NCBI GenBank assembly: GCA_035518375.1
Contig: DATIXQ010000023.1
Span: forward strand, 16,037 to 80,036
Reading direction: 5' to 3'
Source of the DNA: Stellaceae bacterium
GTDB taxonomy: Bacteria; Pseudomonadota; Alphaproteobacteria; ATCC43930; CGMCC-115725
DNA length: 64,000 bases
In this document: positions 46,844-56,427 of the stretch, piece after piece
Layout of the letters: every line of letters begins with the position of its first letter
How positions within the stretch are numbered: position 1 is the first letter of the stretch
Translations under genes and position numbers: made by a program
The notes under the pieces: model-generated
Told to the model about the DNA's origin: nothing
The model's database searches: none
What the model saw: only the letters and a program-made list of their open reading frames with translations

Positions 46844-47487
46844 CACGCCGCTTTGGCGAAGGCGTCCTGCGTCTCCTTCTCGAAGGCGAACACCTTCTGC
46901 ACGCTCGGCCGCTTCTGCATCCGCTCGAAATGGGCTTGGCAATTCTTGACGCCGGCGAGGTCGAGCTTCAACTGCGTCCCGCGCCGGAAACACCAGAAGA
47001 AATGCGCGTCAGCTGCGGTGAAATGGTCGAAGAACCACTCGCGGCCAGCAAGCAGATCGTCGGCGACCTTGAAGGATTCGAGGACGAGCCCCGCCGAGAG
47101 CCGCTTCACGGATTCTTCCGACCCCGGCATGTCGCACACGCGCTGTGGCGCGTTGATGAGGCCGAGATAAGGATGGATGCCGGAGGCGCACCACGCCATC
47201 AGCGAAATCGCCTTCAATTCCTTCATCGGGTCGCCGGGAAGGATCTTCGCCGCCGGATAGTTGCGATGGATCCATTGCTGAATCGCCACGTTCTCCGTGA
47301 GCGGCTCGCCGTCGATCTCGAGGACCGGGACCTTGTGCTTGGGATTGATCTTGAGATAGTCGGCAGACATCTGCTGCCGCTTGCCCATGTTGACGGGGCG
47401 CACTTGGAACTGGGCGCCTGCCTCGGTCAGCGTGACGTAGGGGACGAGCGAACAGGCGACTGGCGCGTAATAGAGGACGACATTCAT
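46843..47487 (-). CDS. glutathione S-transferase family protein
   Basis: ORF 46843..47529 trimmed to ATG at 47487. MNVVLYYAPVACSLVPYVTL, INPKHKVPVLEIDGEPLTENVAI (thioredoxin-like N-domain) and a helical C-domain. Confidence 0.85.
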   Translation of the reverse strand: MNVVLYYAPVACSLVPYVTLTEAGAQFQVRPVNMGKRQQMSADYLKINPKHKVPVLEIDGEPLTENVAIQQWIHRNYPAAKILPGDPMKELKAISLMAWCASGIHPYLGLINAPQRVCDMPGSEESVKRLSAGLVLESFKVADDLLAGREWFFDHFTAADAHFFWCFRRGTQLKLDLAGVKNCQAHFERMQKRPSVQKVFAFEKETQDAFAKAA

Positions 47488-47549
47488 TTCGGGCTCCCTC
47501 CGATGCAGTTCGCGCTGCCTTGAGCGCAATACTTCCGAGTCGTACTGGG

Positions 47550-48290
47550 TCAGTCCTTCCCGCTCAAGGCCTCGACCCCGGTGCCAAGATAGGCCGCGCG
47601 CAGGCGCTCGTCGCTCTGCAAGGAGGCGGCGTCGCCGCCGGCCACGACATAGCCGGTGTCGAGCACATAGCCGCGATCGGCCATGCGCAGCGCCGCCGCC
47701 GCATTCTGGTCGGCCAACGTCACGGTGACGCCGTGCTCGCGCCGGAGCTTGCTCAGAGTCGCGAGCACGTCGCGCACGAGGCCGGGGGCTAGACCCAGCG
47801 ACGGCTCGTCGCAGAGAAGAAGACGCGGGCGCGTCATGAGCGCGCGTCCGATTGCAAGCATCTGCGCTTCGCCGCCCGAGAACGTGCCGGCGAGCTGGCG
47901 TTGACGCTCGGCAAGGCGCGGAAACATCGCGAAGACGCGGTCGAGCGCGTCGGAACTTGCGGGCACGCGAACACCAAGCTCGGCATAGGCGCCGAGGACG
48001 AGGTTCTCGCGCACCGTCATATCGGGAAAGAGCTGGCGTCCCTCGGGGATGATGCCTATGCCCAGCCGGATCCGCTCGGCCGGCGAGACGCCTGCGAGAT
48101 CATGGCCGCCGAATCGAATTGTGCCGCTCTTCGGCGGGTGCACGCCCATCACCGCCTTGATGAGCGTGCTTTTGCCTGCGCCGTTGGGGCCGAGGATCGC
48201 AACGAACTCGCCCGCCAGTACCTCGAGATCGACGCCTTTGAGCGCCGCGATGCTGCCATAGGCGACGTGGAGCCCCGTCACCTCGAGCAT
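47550..48290 (-). CDS. ABC transporter ATP-binding protein (LivF-like)
   Basis: ORF 47550..48500 trimmed to ATG at 48290 (MLEVTGLHVAYGSIAALKG...). GPNGAGKST, FSGGEAQML, LLLCDEP. Confidence 0.9.
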   Translation of the reverse strand: MLEVTGLHVAYGSIAALKGVDLEVLAGEFVAILGPNGAGKSTLIKAVMGVHPPKSGTIRFGGHDLAGVSPAERIRLGIGIIPEGRQLFPDMTVRENLVLGAYAELGVRVPASSDALDRVFAMFPRLAERQRQLAGTFSGGEAQMLAIGRALMTRPRLLLCDEPSLGLAPGLVRDVLATLSKLRREHGVTVTLADQNAAAALRMADRGYVLDTGYVVAGGDAASLQSDERLRAAYLGTGVEALSGKD

Positions 48291-48294
48291 CACC

Positions 48295-49059
48295 TCAGGC
48301 GCCAAGATAGGCCTCCACCACGACGCGGTCGCGCACCACCTCGCCAGGAACCCCGTCGGCGATTTTGCGGCCGAAATCGAGGACCACGACGCGATCGACG
48401 AGCCCCATGACGAGCGGCATGTGGTGCTCGACGAGGAGTACCGAGCACGCGGTCTCGCGCACGATCCCGCGCAGGATGCGCACCAGCTCGCGCTTCTCAA
48501 CTTCGTTCAGGCCCGCGGCCGGCTCGTCCAGCAGCACGAGCGCGGGCTCACCCGCCATGGCGCGTGCGATCTCGGCAACGCGCTGGAGCCCGAACGGGAG
48601 CGCTGTTGAGGGCTGGTCGGCATAAGCCGCGAGCCCGAGCCGCTGGAGCCATGTTTCCGCGCGAGCGGCCGCCTCGCGTTCGAGGCGGCGATGGTGGCCC
48701 ATGCGCAGCATCGCGCCGAAGAGGCCGCACGATCCTGCGCGATAGGCGCCCATCATCACGTTCTCGCGCAGGCTCAATTCGCCGAAGAGTCGCACGTTCT
48801 GGAAGGTGCGCGCGATGCCGAGCGCGGCAACGCGCTCGGGCGCAAGCCCCGTGATGTCGCGGCGGGCGAACGTAACGCTGCCGGAAGTCGCTCGGACGAC
48901 ACCGCAGAGCGTGTTGAAGATCGTCGTCTTGCCGGCGCCGTTGGGGCCGATCAAGCCTATGATCTCATTGGCGCCGAGCGCGAACGAGACATCCTCGACG
49001 GCCTTGAGGCCGCCGAAACGCACCGACAGATTCGACACTTCGAGAAGTGGCGCCGTCAT
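48295..49059 (-). CDS. ABC transporter ATP-binding protein (LivG-like)
   Basis: Only the last 254 codons of ORF 48295..50547 are used, from ATG at 49059 (MTAPLLEVSNLSVRFGG...). GPNGAGKTT, LVLLDEP. Confidence 0.9.
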   Translation of the reverse strand: MTAPLLEVSNLSVRFGGLKAVEDVSFALGANEIIGLIGPNGAGKTTIFNTLCGVVRATSGSVTFARRDITGLAPERVAALGIARTFQNVRLFGELSLRENVMMGAYRAGSCGLFGAMLRMGHHRRLEREAAARAETWLQRLGLAAYADQPSTALPFGLQRVAEIARAMAGEPALVLLDEPAAGLNEVEKRELVRILRGIVRETACSVLLVEHHMPLVMGLVDRVVVLDFGRKIADGVPGEVVRDRVVVEAYLGA

Positions 49060-50975
49060 GAGGGACGCATCTCCGGTGCCGGACGGCCGACGCGGCTCCT
49101 CGGCCTGAGCCGCGCGAGGATTTCCCTCCCATGCTCGTTCGACTGCACCAGGACGACACAAATGAGGAGGACGCCAAAAATGAGATATTGGAGACCCGCG
49201 ACGACCTCCGTCGCGGACGAGCCGCCGACCCAGCCGATCACTACCGGCAGCGCCACGACGATCGCAGAGCCGATATAGGCGCCCCAGAGCGACAGGAGCC
49301 CTCCGAGCGTCAGCGCGGTAAGCTGCGCGATCGTCGCATCGAGGCCGAAGGGGCCGGGGTTGGCGATGCCGAGATAATGCACATAGAGACTTCCGGCCGC
49401 GCTTGCGACGGCGGCGCTGAAGGCGAAGCTCCGGGTCTTGAGCGAGGCGACATCGACCGCGCATGAGCGCGCCGCCGATTCGCTTGACCGGATGGCAAGG
49501 AGCGCGCGGCCGAAACGCGAGCGCGTCAGGCTCATGCCGAGGATCAGTACCGCGAGCGAAACGACGAGGCCCACATAGTAGAATTGGCGATCCTCGAAGA
49601 AGCTCATGCCGGCGATGCCGAGCGGCGGGATGCCGGGAAGCCCGTTCGGTCCGCCGGTGATGCCGTTCAGCTCCCGCGCGAAGGTGAGCGCGATCATGAG
49701 GAGCCCGAGGCTCGCCATCGACAAGTAATAGCCGCGGAGACGGAAGATCATGCGCCCAAGCGCCAAAGCCGTGAGCGTCGCGAGCACGATGCCGACCGCC
49801 ATTGCCGGCAACGCGGGCCAGTTTTCCTTCACCGTTAGGAACCCGCTCGAATAGGCGCCGATCATCATGAAGGCGCCCTGGCCCAGGGAGAGCTGCCCGC
49901 AATAACCGGTGAGCAGCACGAGCCCCATCACGACGATCGCGGTGATCTCGGCGAAGATGGCGGTGGTGAGCCAGACGCCGGTGAGGATTTGGCCCAACGC
50001 CACGAGCACAACCACGCCTATGCCGAGGCGCACGAGATCGGCTCGTGTGAACCGCGTTGCCGAGACGGTACCGGACAGCACTTCCTCCCCCTTCTCGTCG
50101 CCGGCACCCGTCGAACGCGCGCCGAGCAGCCCTTGCGGGCGCACGATCAGCACGAGCAGCAGTAGGCTGAACGTGATCGCGTCCTGATATGCCGATGAGA
50201 CGAAGCCGTTGCCGAAGCCTTCGGCGAGGCCCAGCACGATGCCGCCGACGATCGGCCCATAGGCGGTCGAGAAGCCGCCCAAGGCCGCGGCGGTGAAGCC
50301 CTTTAGGCCGAGCCCGAGGCCGATATCGACCTGCGCCAGCGAAATGGGTGCCCACACTGCGCCGCCGAGCCCGCCGAGGAGCCCGGCCGCGACGAACGCG
50401 TAGAAGCCCATGCGCCGGTGGTCGATGCCGACGAAGGCAGCTCCCAGCGGATTGGAGGCGCCGGCTCGGAGCGCCAGTCCCATCACCGTGCGCTGGAAAA
50501 AGCCCGAGGTCGTGATGCTGACGAGCGCCAGTGTCCCGATGAGCCACAGTTCCTGTGGCAGCACGCTCACGCCCATGATGTTGAGCGGTGTGCCGCCGGT
50601 GAAGGGCGGGACGGGGATCGGCTCGGCGCTCCAGATCGTCGTCACGGTGCCGCGGATGAGGATGGCGAAGCCGATGGTGATGAGCACCGACTGCGCGATC
50701 GTCGCGCGCGGCGCCGGGCGCAGGGCAAGCTGGTAGAAGCCGCCGCCGATCGCGGCGCAGGCGATCGTCGCGATGAGCGCCGCGAGCATGACGGGGACGC
50801 CGGCGCGCGCCAATACACCCGTCAGGATCGCGCCCAGCATGGCGAGATCGCCCTGCGCGAAGTTTATGATCCCGGCGCTGCGGTTGACGAGACCGAAGCC
50901 GAGGCCGATGAAGGCATAGAGCGCACCATTCGCCAGGCTCGAAAAGATCGTCTGCGCAATGGTGACGAAATCCAT
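49056..50975 (-). CDS. fused LivH-LivM-type ABC permease (639 aa)
   Basis: The N-terminal half (MDFVTIAQTIFSSLANGALYAFIGLGFGLV...) is LivH-like. The C-terminal half (VLLTGYCGQLSLGQGAFMMIGAY...) is LivM-like. They are joined by a roughly 40-aa polar linker in one frame. ATGA overlap with the downstream ATPase. Confidence 0.85.
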   Translation of the reverse strand: MDFVTIAQTIFSSLANGALYAFIGLGFGLVNRSAGIINFAQGDLAMLGAILTGVLARAGVPVMLAALIATIACAAIGGGFYQLALRPAPRATIAQSVLITIGFAILIRGTVTTIWSAEPIPVPPFTGGTPLNIMGVSVLPQELWLIGTLALVSITTSGFFQRTVMGLALRAGASNPLGAAFVGIDHRRMGFYAFVAAGLLGGLGGAVWAPISLAQVDIGLGLGLKGFTAAALGGFSTAYGPIVGGIVLGLAEGFGNGFVSSAYQDAITFSLLLLVLIVRPQGLLGARSTGAGDEKGEEVLSGTVSATRFTRADLVRLGIGVVVLVALGQILTGVWLTTAIFAEITAIVVMGLVLLTGYCGQLSLGQGAFMMIGAYSSGFLTVKENWPALPAMAVGIVLATLTALALGRMIFRLRGYYLSMASLGLLMIALTFARELNGITGGPNGLPGIPPLGIAGMSFFEDRQFYYVGLVVSLAVLILGMSLTRSRFGRALLAIRSSESAARSCAVDVASLKTRSFAFSAAVASAAGSLYVHYLGIANPGPFGLDATIAQLTALTLGGLLSLWGAYIGSAIVVALPVVIGWVGGSSATEVVAGLQYLIFGVLLICVVLVQSNEHGREILARLRPRSRVGRPAPEMRPS

Positions 50976-50982
50976 CGTGCGG

Positions 50983-52131
50983 CTACTTTGCCGCTACCCA
51001 CTCGCCCTTCACGTATTTGAGCATCGCGATGCCGCTTTCGAGCGAGCTTTCGTGGCTCGTCGGCGTGAAGGTCCAAAAGCCCTGGATGCCGGGTACGTCC
51101 TTGATCGTCTCGAGCGCGTGCAGCAGCGCCTCGTGATCAAGGGCCTTGGCGCCCAGGGACTTCGCCGCTACCTGCGTCAGCAAGATTGAATCGGCGCACG
51201 TGACGGAAAGGCCCACTACTTCGGCGCCCGGATCGATCTTGTCGAACTCGGCGCGGAAGGCCTTGAGGTTGGCGGCCAAGGGCTCACTGCCGGAGACCCC
51301 TGCGGCGGCGGCCTTGTATCCGACATAGAGGAACTGGTTCGAGCCCTCGCCGGCAAGCTCGGCGAACGCCTTCGTCTGCAAATTCACGCCACCGACGATC
51401 GGCTGCTTCATGCCGAGTTGCGCCACTTTCTTTGCAATTATGGCGCCCGGCGGCGGATTCGACGAGAAGTCCCAGATCACATCGGGGTTACTGGCACGGA
51501 CATGCGTCACCTGCGCCGTCATGTCCGTATCGGTCTGGGTATAAAGTTCCTCGTCGACGATCTGCATGCCGGCGGCGTCGGCCGCGGTCTTCAGATTGGC
51601 GGCGACGTCAGCGCCGAACGGACCGTTGTCGCGGATGTCGGCGATCGTCTTCATTCCCTTGCCCTTGAGGAAGGCGAGCGCGGCCGGGATCTGATCCTCG
51701 TTAGTGGCAAGCGCTTTGAACACCCATTTCTTGAGCGGGCGGAAATTGACGGTGGCGCCGGCGATGGCAAAGGTCGGCACGCCCGCCTGCGCCACGGTCG
51801 GGAGGATTGCCTGGGTCTGGGGCGTCGTCCCGGCGCCCAGAAGGAGGTCGACCTTCTGGTCGAAGAGGAGCCGGCGTGCGCAAAGTACAGCCTGTTGCTC
51901 GACTGTCTGAGTGTCGCACACCGTCATCTCGACATGCATACCGCCGATGCCGCCCTTGGCATTGACCATTGCCACCGCTGCCTTCGCGCCCTCGACAAGG
52001 TACTTGCCGATGTCCGCGCCAGGGCCGGTCAGTGACAGGATGGCGCCGATTTTGAAGTCCTCGGCACGGGCGGGCGCGAGCGGCAGCGCGACGAGCGCCA
52101 GCGCGGCGATGGTCATTGTCGATCGACGCAT
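50983..52131 (-). CDS. HAAT-family (LivK-like) ABC substrate-binding protein
   Basis: ORF 50983..52197 trimmed to ATG at 52131 (SD GGGAGGA). Signal peptide MRRSTMTIAALALVALPLAPARA, then FKIGAILSLTGPGADIG. Confidence 0.85.
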   Translation of the reverse strand: MRRSTMTIAALALVALPLAPARAEDFKIGAILSLTGPGADIGKYLVEGAKAAVAMVNAKGGIGGMHVEMTVCDTQTVEQQAVLCARRLLFDQKVDLLLGAGTTPQTQAILPTVAQAGVPTFAIAGATVNFRPLKKWVFKALATNEDQIPAALAFLKGKGMKTIADIRDNGPFGADVAANLKTAADAAGMQIVDEELYTQTDTDMTAQVTHVRASNPDVIWDFSSNPPPGAIIAKKVAQLGMKQPIVGGVNLQTKAFAELAGEGSNQFLYVGYKAAAAGVSGSEPLAANLKAFRAEFDKIDPGAEVVGLSVTCADSILLTQVAAKSLGAKALDHEALLHALETIKDVPGIQGFWTFTPTSHESSLESGIAMLKYVKGEWVAAK

Positions 52132-52232
52132 ATGGTCCTCCCTTCGGTGTGCGGGCCTTTGCCCGCTTGGACGGCCGCTGCCGTCAATGTTCGCCAAGAT
52201 AACGGCATCGCCGCCTCTTGTCGAAGCACGGA

Positions 52233-53675
52233 TCAGACGCGCACCCGCTCCCTTTTGCGCGTACTCTCCTGCAACAGTTTCTTCGTCTCTTCTTCGACCA
52301 CGGTGCCGGCGAAATAGTCGGGGTTCATCGAGAGATGGAACATCGCCGGGTTGACGAAAGCGAAGTCGCGCAGATTATCGGGCGAGAGCAGCTTCGCCTG
52401 CACGAGCCGATAAGCCTCGCCAAGGATGGTCGTGGCGTCGAGCACGTCCCAATGGCCGATGTCCGAGCCGAGCATCGCCTTCAAGGGCAGACCGATCGGC
52501 GACAACTTGCGGTCAAAGGCGACCGCGACCATGCGGTCCTCGGCCTCGCAGCCGAAATAGAACGGATCGACGAAAAGCTCCTTCAGGTCCTTGATCTCGC
52601 GCATGGCGCAGGCCGCGAACTCGTCGAAGAGCTCGGGCCGCTTGATCTGGAAGCGGCCATGCGGATCCGCGCGGACGCGCTCGGGCCGCAATCGCGCGTC
52701 GCCGAACTCGCGGAAGAGCCGCTCGAGCAGGTCGATGTCGAGCAGGTCGGGGTTGAGGTTCTTTTCGAGCGCGTCGGCGTTGCGTTTCTCGAAATGCTCG
52801 ACGATGTCGGAGAGCAGCGTAAGGGCCCAGCTCACGCCACCTTCGAGGAAGGCGAAGCTCAAATTAGGGAAACGCCGCGTCACGCCGCTGAAGATGAGCG
52901 AGCGGCAGAAGAAATTGCAGCCGTCGGCGAAATCGCCGAGATGGTTGAAGACATAATTCGACGGCGAGGCGCGATAGGGAATGCCGCGCGAAGATGTATG
53001 GCACGCGGGCGCCACTTTGAGCTCGATGCAGCGGCGCCAGAACGGATCGTAGTCGTAGGGCGAATCCATGATGATCGAGCGCGTGGACTGGGTGCGGAAC
53101 TCGCGCGTGTCGGCGCCGAGCGGCGCCTGAGCGGGGCCGCGCATCTCGGTGCCGATCATCACCGCCTTGAAGCCAAGCTCCTTCACCGCGAAATCGAGCT
53201 CGCGGATCGCCTCCTCGGGCGTGTAGGTCGGGATGAGAGCCACCGGGCGCAGCCGGTCCTCCGTGCCGCGGAACATGTCGGCATACATGATGTTGAGGGC
53301 CCGGCAGGTGGCCTGGCGCAGCTCGTCGTCGACGATATAGGCGTGCGCGAGCCCGAGCGTCGTATAGCAATGCGCGAAATCGATGCCGAGCTCGTCCATG
53401 CGCGAGCGGAAATAGCGCGGCAGCATGGCCAAGGCGCGGTCGCTCGTGTGCTCGCCGGACGACAGCCCCCACCAGAAGCCTTTGACCGCGGCGCCATGCG
53501 AGCCCGCGTTCTGGAACGCCGCCGCCGCGCGCTGGGCAAGCGCTTTGCCGCCCACCTGCTCAAGACAATCCATCAGCGCGAAATTGCACTCGACGATATG
53601 GGCGTCGGCGTCGATCACCGGATGATCGAGCTTGGCGCGCACCTCGGCGCCGGTGAGATTGCTGTAGCCGCTCAT
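52233..53675 (-). CDS. amidohydrolase_2 family protein (480 aa)
   Basis: VIDADAHIVE metal-binding start, TIM-barrel-like layout, C-terminal LGSDIGHWD. A longer member of the ACMSD/LigW-like superfamily. Confidence 0.75.
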   Translation of the reverse strand: MSGYSNLTGAEVRAKLDHPVIDADAHIVECNFALMDCLEQVGGKALAQRAAAAFQNAGSHGAAVKGFWWGLSSGEHTSDRALAMLPRYFRSRMDELGIDFAHCYTTLGLAHAYIVDDELRQATCRALNIMYADMFRGTEDRLRPVALIPTYTPEEAIRELDFAVKELGFKAVMIGTEMRGPAQAPLGADTREFRTQSTRSIIMDSPYDYDPFWRRCIELKVAPACHTSSRGIPYRASPSNYVFNHLGDFADGCNFFCRSLIFSGVTRRFPNLSFAFLEGGVSWALTLLSDIVEHFEKRNADALEKNLNPDLLDIDLLERLFREFGDARLRPERVRADPHGRFQIKRPELFDEFAACAMREIKDLKELFVDPFYFGCEAEDRMVAVAFDRKLSPIGLPLKAMLGSDIGHWDVLDATTILGEAYRLVQAKLLSPDNLRDFAFVNPAMFHLSMNPDYFAGTVVEEETKKLLQESTRKRERVRV

Positions 53676-53766
53676 GGGCAGCCCTCCCTTTGCACACGAG
53701 TATCCGTCGCTGCTGCGCCCGCCGCAACCGGGCGGTAATCTCGGGCCGCGAACAGAGGAGGTTCGG

Positions 53767-54327
53767 GTGGCACGCTCGCAGCAAGACGCCGGCGATCCCT
53801 TCGCCGAGATCCGCGCGGCAACGGTCGCGCATCGCGCGCGCCACGGCTGCGGCGCCCATTCCTATACCGAGGGGCCGCTCCTGAGCGTCATCGCCGCGGC
53901 CTGCGCCGCGCGTCGTATCGTCGAACTGGGGACGGCGCTCGGCTACACCGCGCTCTGCCTCGCCCACGGCGCCGAGGCCGCGCATGTCGATACAATCGAG
54001 CGCGATCCCGAGCATGTGCGTCTCGCGCGCGGCCATATCGCCGCGGCCGGTATGGCTTCGCGGATCACCGTGCACGAGGACGATTTCGAGACGGTGCTGC
54101 CGCGTCTTTCGCCACCCTATGATCTCGGCTTCTTTGATGGGTTCGCGCCCACACCGGCGCACCTTGCCGAATTCCGCCGCCTCCTGCGCCCGCGAGGCGT
54201 GCTCGTCAGCACCAATCTCGATTTCGGCCGTGCCGACGCCTACCGCGCGGCGCTCGCCGATCCGCGACAGTTCATCACGAGTTTCGCTGCGGAGGACGGA
54301 CGGACCGCGATCAGCATCAAGCTGTGA
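53767..54327 (+). CDS. class I SAM-dependent O-methyltransferase (caffeoyl-CoA OMT-like fold)
   Basis: GTG at 53767 after AGAGGAGG. There is no in-frame ATG before the SAM motif IVELGTALGYTALCLA, which is followed by DTIERDPEHVRLAR. The start is uncertain. Confidence 0.65.
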   Translation: MARSQQDAGDPFAEIRAATVAHRARHGCGAHSYTEGPLLSVIAAACAARRIVELGTALGYTALCLAHGAEAAHVDTIERDPEHVRLARGHIAAAGMASRITVHEDDFETVLPRLSPPYDLGFFDGFAPTPAHLAEFRRLLRPRGVLVSTNLDFGRADAYRAALADPRQFITSFAAEDGRTAISIKL

Positions 54328-54337
54328 TCCGCGCTCG

Positions 54338-55270
54338 CTAGCTCTTGTCGCGTTCGAGAATCTCGGCGATGCGCTTGGGATCGACCCTGATCTCGACGCC
54401 CGCGCGCTCGGTCTGTAGCAGCATGGCGACACGGGAATCGCGTTGCGCCCAGCCGCGGTTCATCGCCTCGGTCAACTCCTCGAGCGCGAGGTTCGCGGCG
54501 CGCATCGGCACGCTCAATTCGCGCCCCAAGGCGGTTGCGAGCCCCACGTCTTTGTGCGCCAGCTTCAGCGCGAACGCTGGCGGGTCGTAGATGCCGGGAA
54601 GGAACTGATCGACGACGGCGTCGAACGTGCGGCGCCGGCCGGCCGCGCCTTGGCGCACGGCCTCGAACAAGGCCGCCGGGTCGAGCCCCGCCTTGACGCC
54701 AAGGGTGAACACCTCGGCGAGCGCCGCCTGGATCGTGTAGCCGGCGCAGTTGTGCACGAGCTTCGCCACCGTGCCGGCGCCGATCGCGCCGACATAGCGC
54801 GCCTGGTCGCCGATTGCGTCGAGCACCTTCTTGTGCTGGTCGAAGACGGTGCGCTCGCCGCCGACCCAAATGGCGAGACGGCCGGTCTTGGCGCCGCGCG
54901 GGCCTCCACTCACCGGTGCGTCGAGCATGTGGATGTGCTTCTCGGCAAAGCGCGCGTGAATGCGCCGGACGAGCGTCGGCGAGTTGGTGGAGAGGTCGAA
55001 ATAGGCCGTGCCCGGCCGCATTGCTTCCAGCAGCCCGCCCGGCCCGAGCGCCACCGCCTCGACCTCGGGCGGGCCGGGGAGCGAGGTGAACACGACCTCC
55101 GCCTCGGCTGCGGCGCGGGCAGGCGTGTCAGCCCATTGCGCGCCCGCCGCGAGATGCGGCTCGGCCGCCGCCCGCCGCATGTCGTTGACAATGAGCCAGT
55201 GCCCCGCCTTCTGCAGATTGGCGGCCATGCTGGCCCCCATCGTGCCGACGCCAATGAAGCCTACCTGCAT
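54338..55270 (-). CDS. NAD(P)-dependent beta-hydroxyacid dehydrogenase (3-hydroxyisobutyrate dehydrogenase family)
   Basis: ORF 54338..55387 trimmed to ATG at 55270. MQVGFIGVGTMGASMAANL Rossmann start, DAPVSGG, GAGTVAKLVHN. Confidence 0.88.
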   Translation of the reverse strand: MQVGFIGVGTMGASMAANLQKAGHWLIVNDMRRAAAEPHLAAGAQWADTPARAAAEAEVVFTSLPGPPEVEAVALGPGGLLEAMRPGTAYFDLSTNSPTLVRRIHARFAEKHIHMLDAPVSGGPRGAKTGRLAIWVGGERTVFDQHKKVLDAIGDQARYVGAIGAGTVAKLVHNCAGYTIQAALAEVFTLGVKAGLDPAALFEAVRQGAAGRRRTFDAVVDQFLPGIYDPPAFALKLAHKDVGLATALGRELSVPMRAANLALEELTEAMNRGWAQRDSRVAMLLQTERAGVEIRVDPKRIAEILERDKS

Positions 55271-55316
55271 CTCGCCTTCTCCCTTTATTCGGTCATAATG
55301 AAAGAGGGAGGTCGCC

Positions 55317-56414
55317 ATGGAAATCAAGGCTGCCGTCTTCCGCAAGGTGCATGAGCCAGTCTCGATCGAGGGTGTCGAGATCGACAAGCCGGCGGGTCGC
55401 GAGGTGCTCGTGCGAACGGTCGCGACCGGCGTGTGTCACAGCGATCTCCACGTCGTGGACGGACTCGGCCGATTCCCGCTCGACCGGCCAATGGTGTTGG
55501 GACACGAGGGCGCGGGGATCGTCGAGACAGTGGGGCCTGACGTCGCCACCCTGAAGCCGGGAGACCACGTGGTTGCTTGTCTCTCCGGCTTCTGCGGAAC
55601 CTGCGAGCAGTGCTTGAGCGGCCATCCCAATCTCTGCACCGGCGGTATCGTGACGCGGCCGGACACTGCGCCATCACGGCTTTCGCAAAAAGGTTCACCG
55701 TTCCGCCAATTCCTCGGCATCTCGAGCTACGCTGAGCGCATGCTGCTGCACGAGAACTCGGTGGTGCGGATCGATCCTGAGCTGCCGCTCGACCGGGCGG
55801 CGCTCGTTGGCTGCGGCGTCCTGACCGGCGTGGGCGCAGCGCTGCGTACCTCGGGCCTCAAGGCCGGCGAGAGCGTAGCGGTATTCGGTTGCGGAGGCGT
55901 CGGGCTTTCGATCGTGCAGGGCGCGCGCATCGCAGGCGCGCGGCAGATCATCGCCGTCGACATGTTCGCAGGAAAGCTCGAGATGGCGAAGCGCGTCGGC
56001 GCTACGCACAGTGTCGATGCCGGCAACGATGATCCGGTGAAGGCCGTGCGCGCATTGACCGGCGGCGTGGGGGTCAATCACGCGTTCGAGGCCGTGGGCG
56101 TCGCGAAGATCGTACGCCAGGCGATCGAGAGCCTCGCCATCCGCGGCACGGCGACGATCGTGGGCGTGCTTCCGCCCGACGCGATGATCGAGTTCCCGTG
56201 GATGGCGATCCGCCCCGAATGCAAGGTGCAGACCTGCCGCATGGGCTCGAACCGCTTCCGCAGCGATATCCCGCTCTATCTCGATTTCTACCGTCAGGGC
56301 CGGCTTATGCTCGACGAGATGGTGAGCCGGCGCGGGCGGCTCTCCGACATCAACGAGGCGTTCCGCGCGATGAAGGCGGGCGAGGTCGCACGCACCGTTC
56401 TGACCTTCGACTGA
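55317..56414 (+). CDS. zinc-dependent alcohol dehydrogenase (MDR family)
   Basis: GVCHSDLHVVDG, GHEGAGIVE, structural-zinc cysteines CGTCEQCLSGHPNLC, Rossmann VFGCGGVGLS. Confidence 0.9.
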   Translation: MEIKAAVFRKVHEPVSIEGVEIDKPAGREVLVRTVATGVCHSDLHVVDGLGRFPLDRPMVLGHEGAGIVETVGPDVATLKPGDHVVACLSGFCGTCEQCLSGHPNLCTGGIVTRPDTAPSRLSQKGSPFRQFLGISSYAERMLLHENSVVRIDPELPLDRAALVGCGVLTGVGAALRTSGLKAGESVAVFGCGGVGLSIVQGARIAGARQIIAVDMFAGKLEMAKRVGATHSVDAGNDDPVKAVRALTGGVGVNHAFEAVGVAKIVRQAIESLAIRGTATIVGVLPPDAMIEFPWMAIRPECKVQTCRMGSNRFRSDIPLYLDFYRQGRLMLDEMVSRRGRLSDINEAFRAMKAGEVARTVLTFD

Positions 56415-56427
56415 GGCGAGGATCATC

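Noticed and set aside
49060-50547. Upstream 496 codons of the 750-aa ORF 48295..50547
   Set aside because: It is an out-of-frame overlap with the fused LivHM permease gene on the same strand. Only the last 254 codons (LivG-like ATPase with Walker motifs, ATGA-coupled start) look real.
55271-55316. Apparent inverted repeat ctcccttt...aaagagggag in the 46-bp divergent spacer
   Set aside because: It is explained by two opposing Shine-Dalgarno sequences, one for each divergent gene. That is not evidence for an operator by itself.
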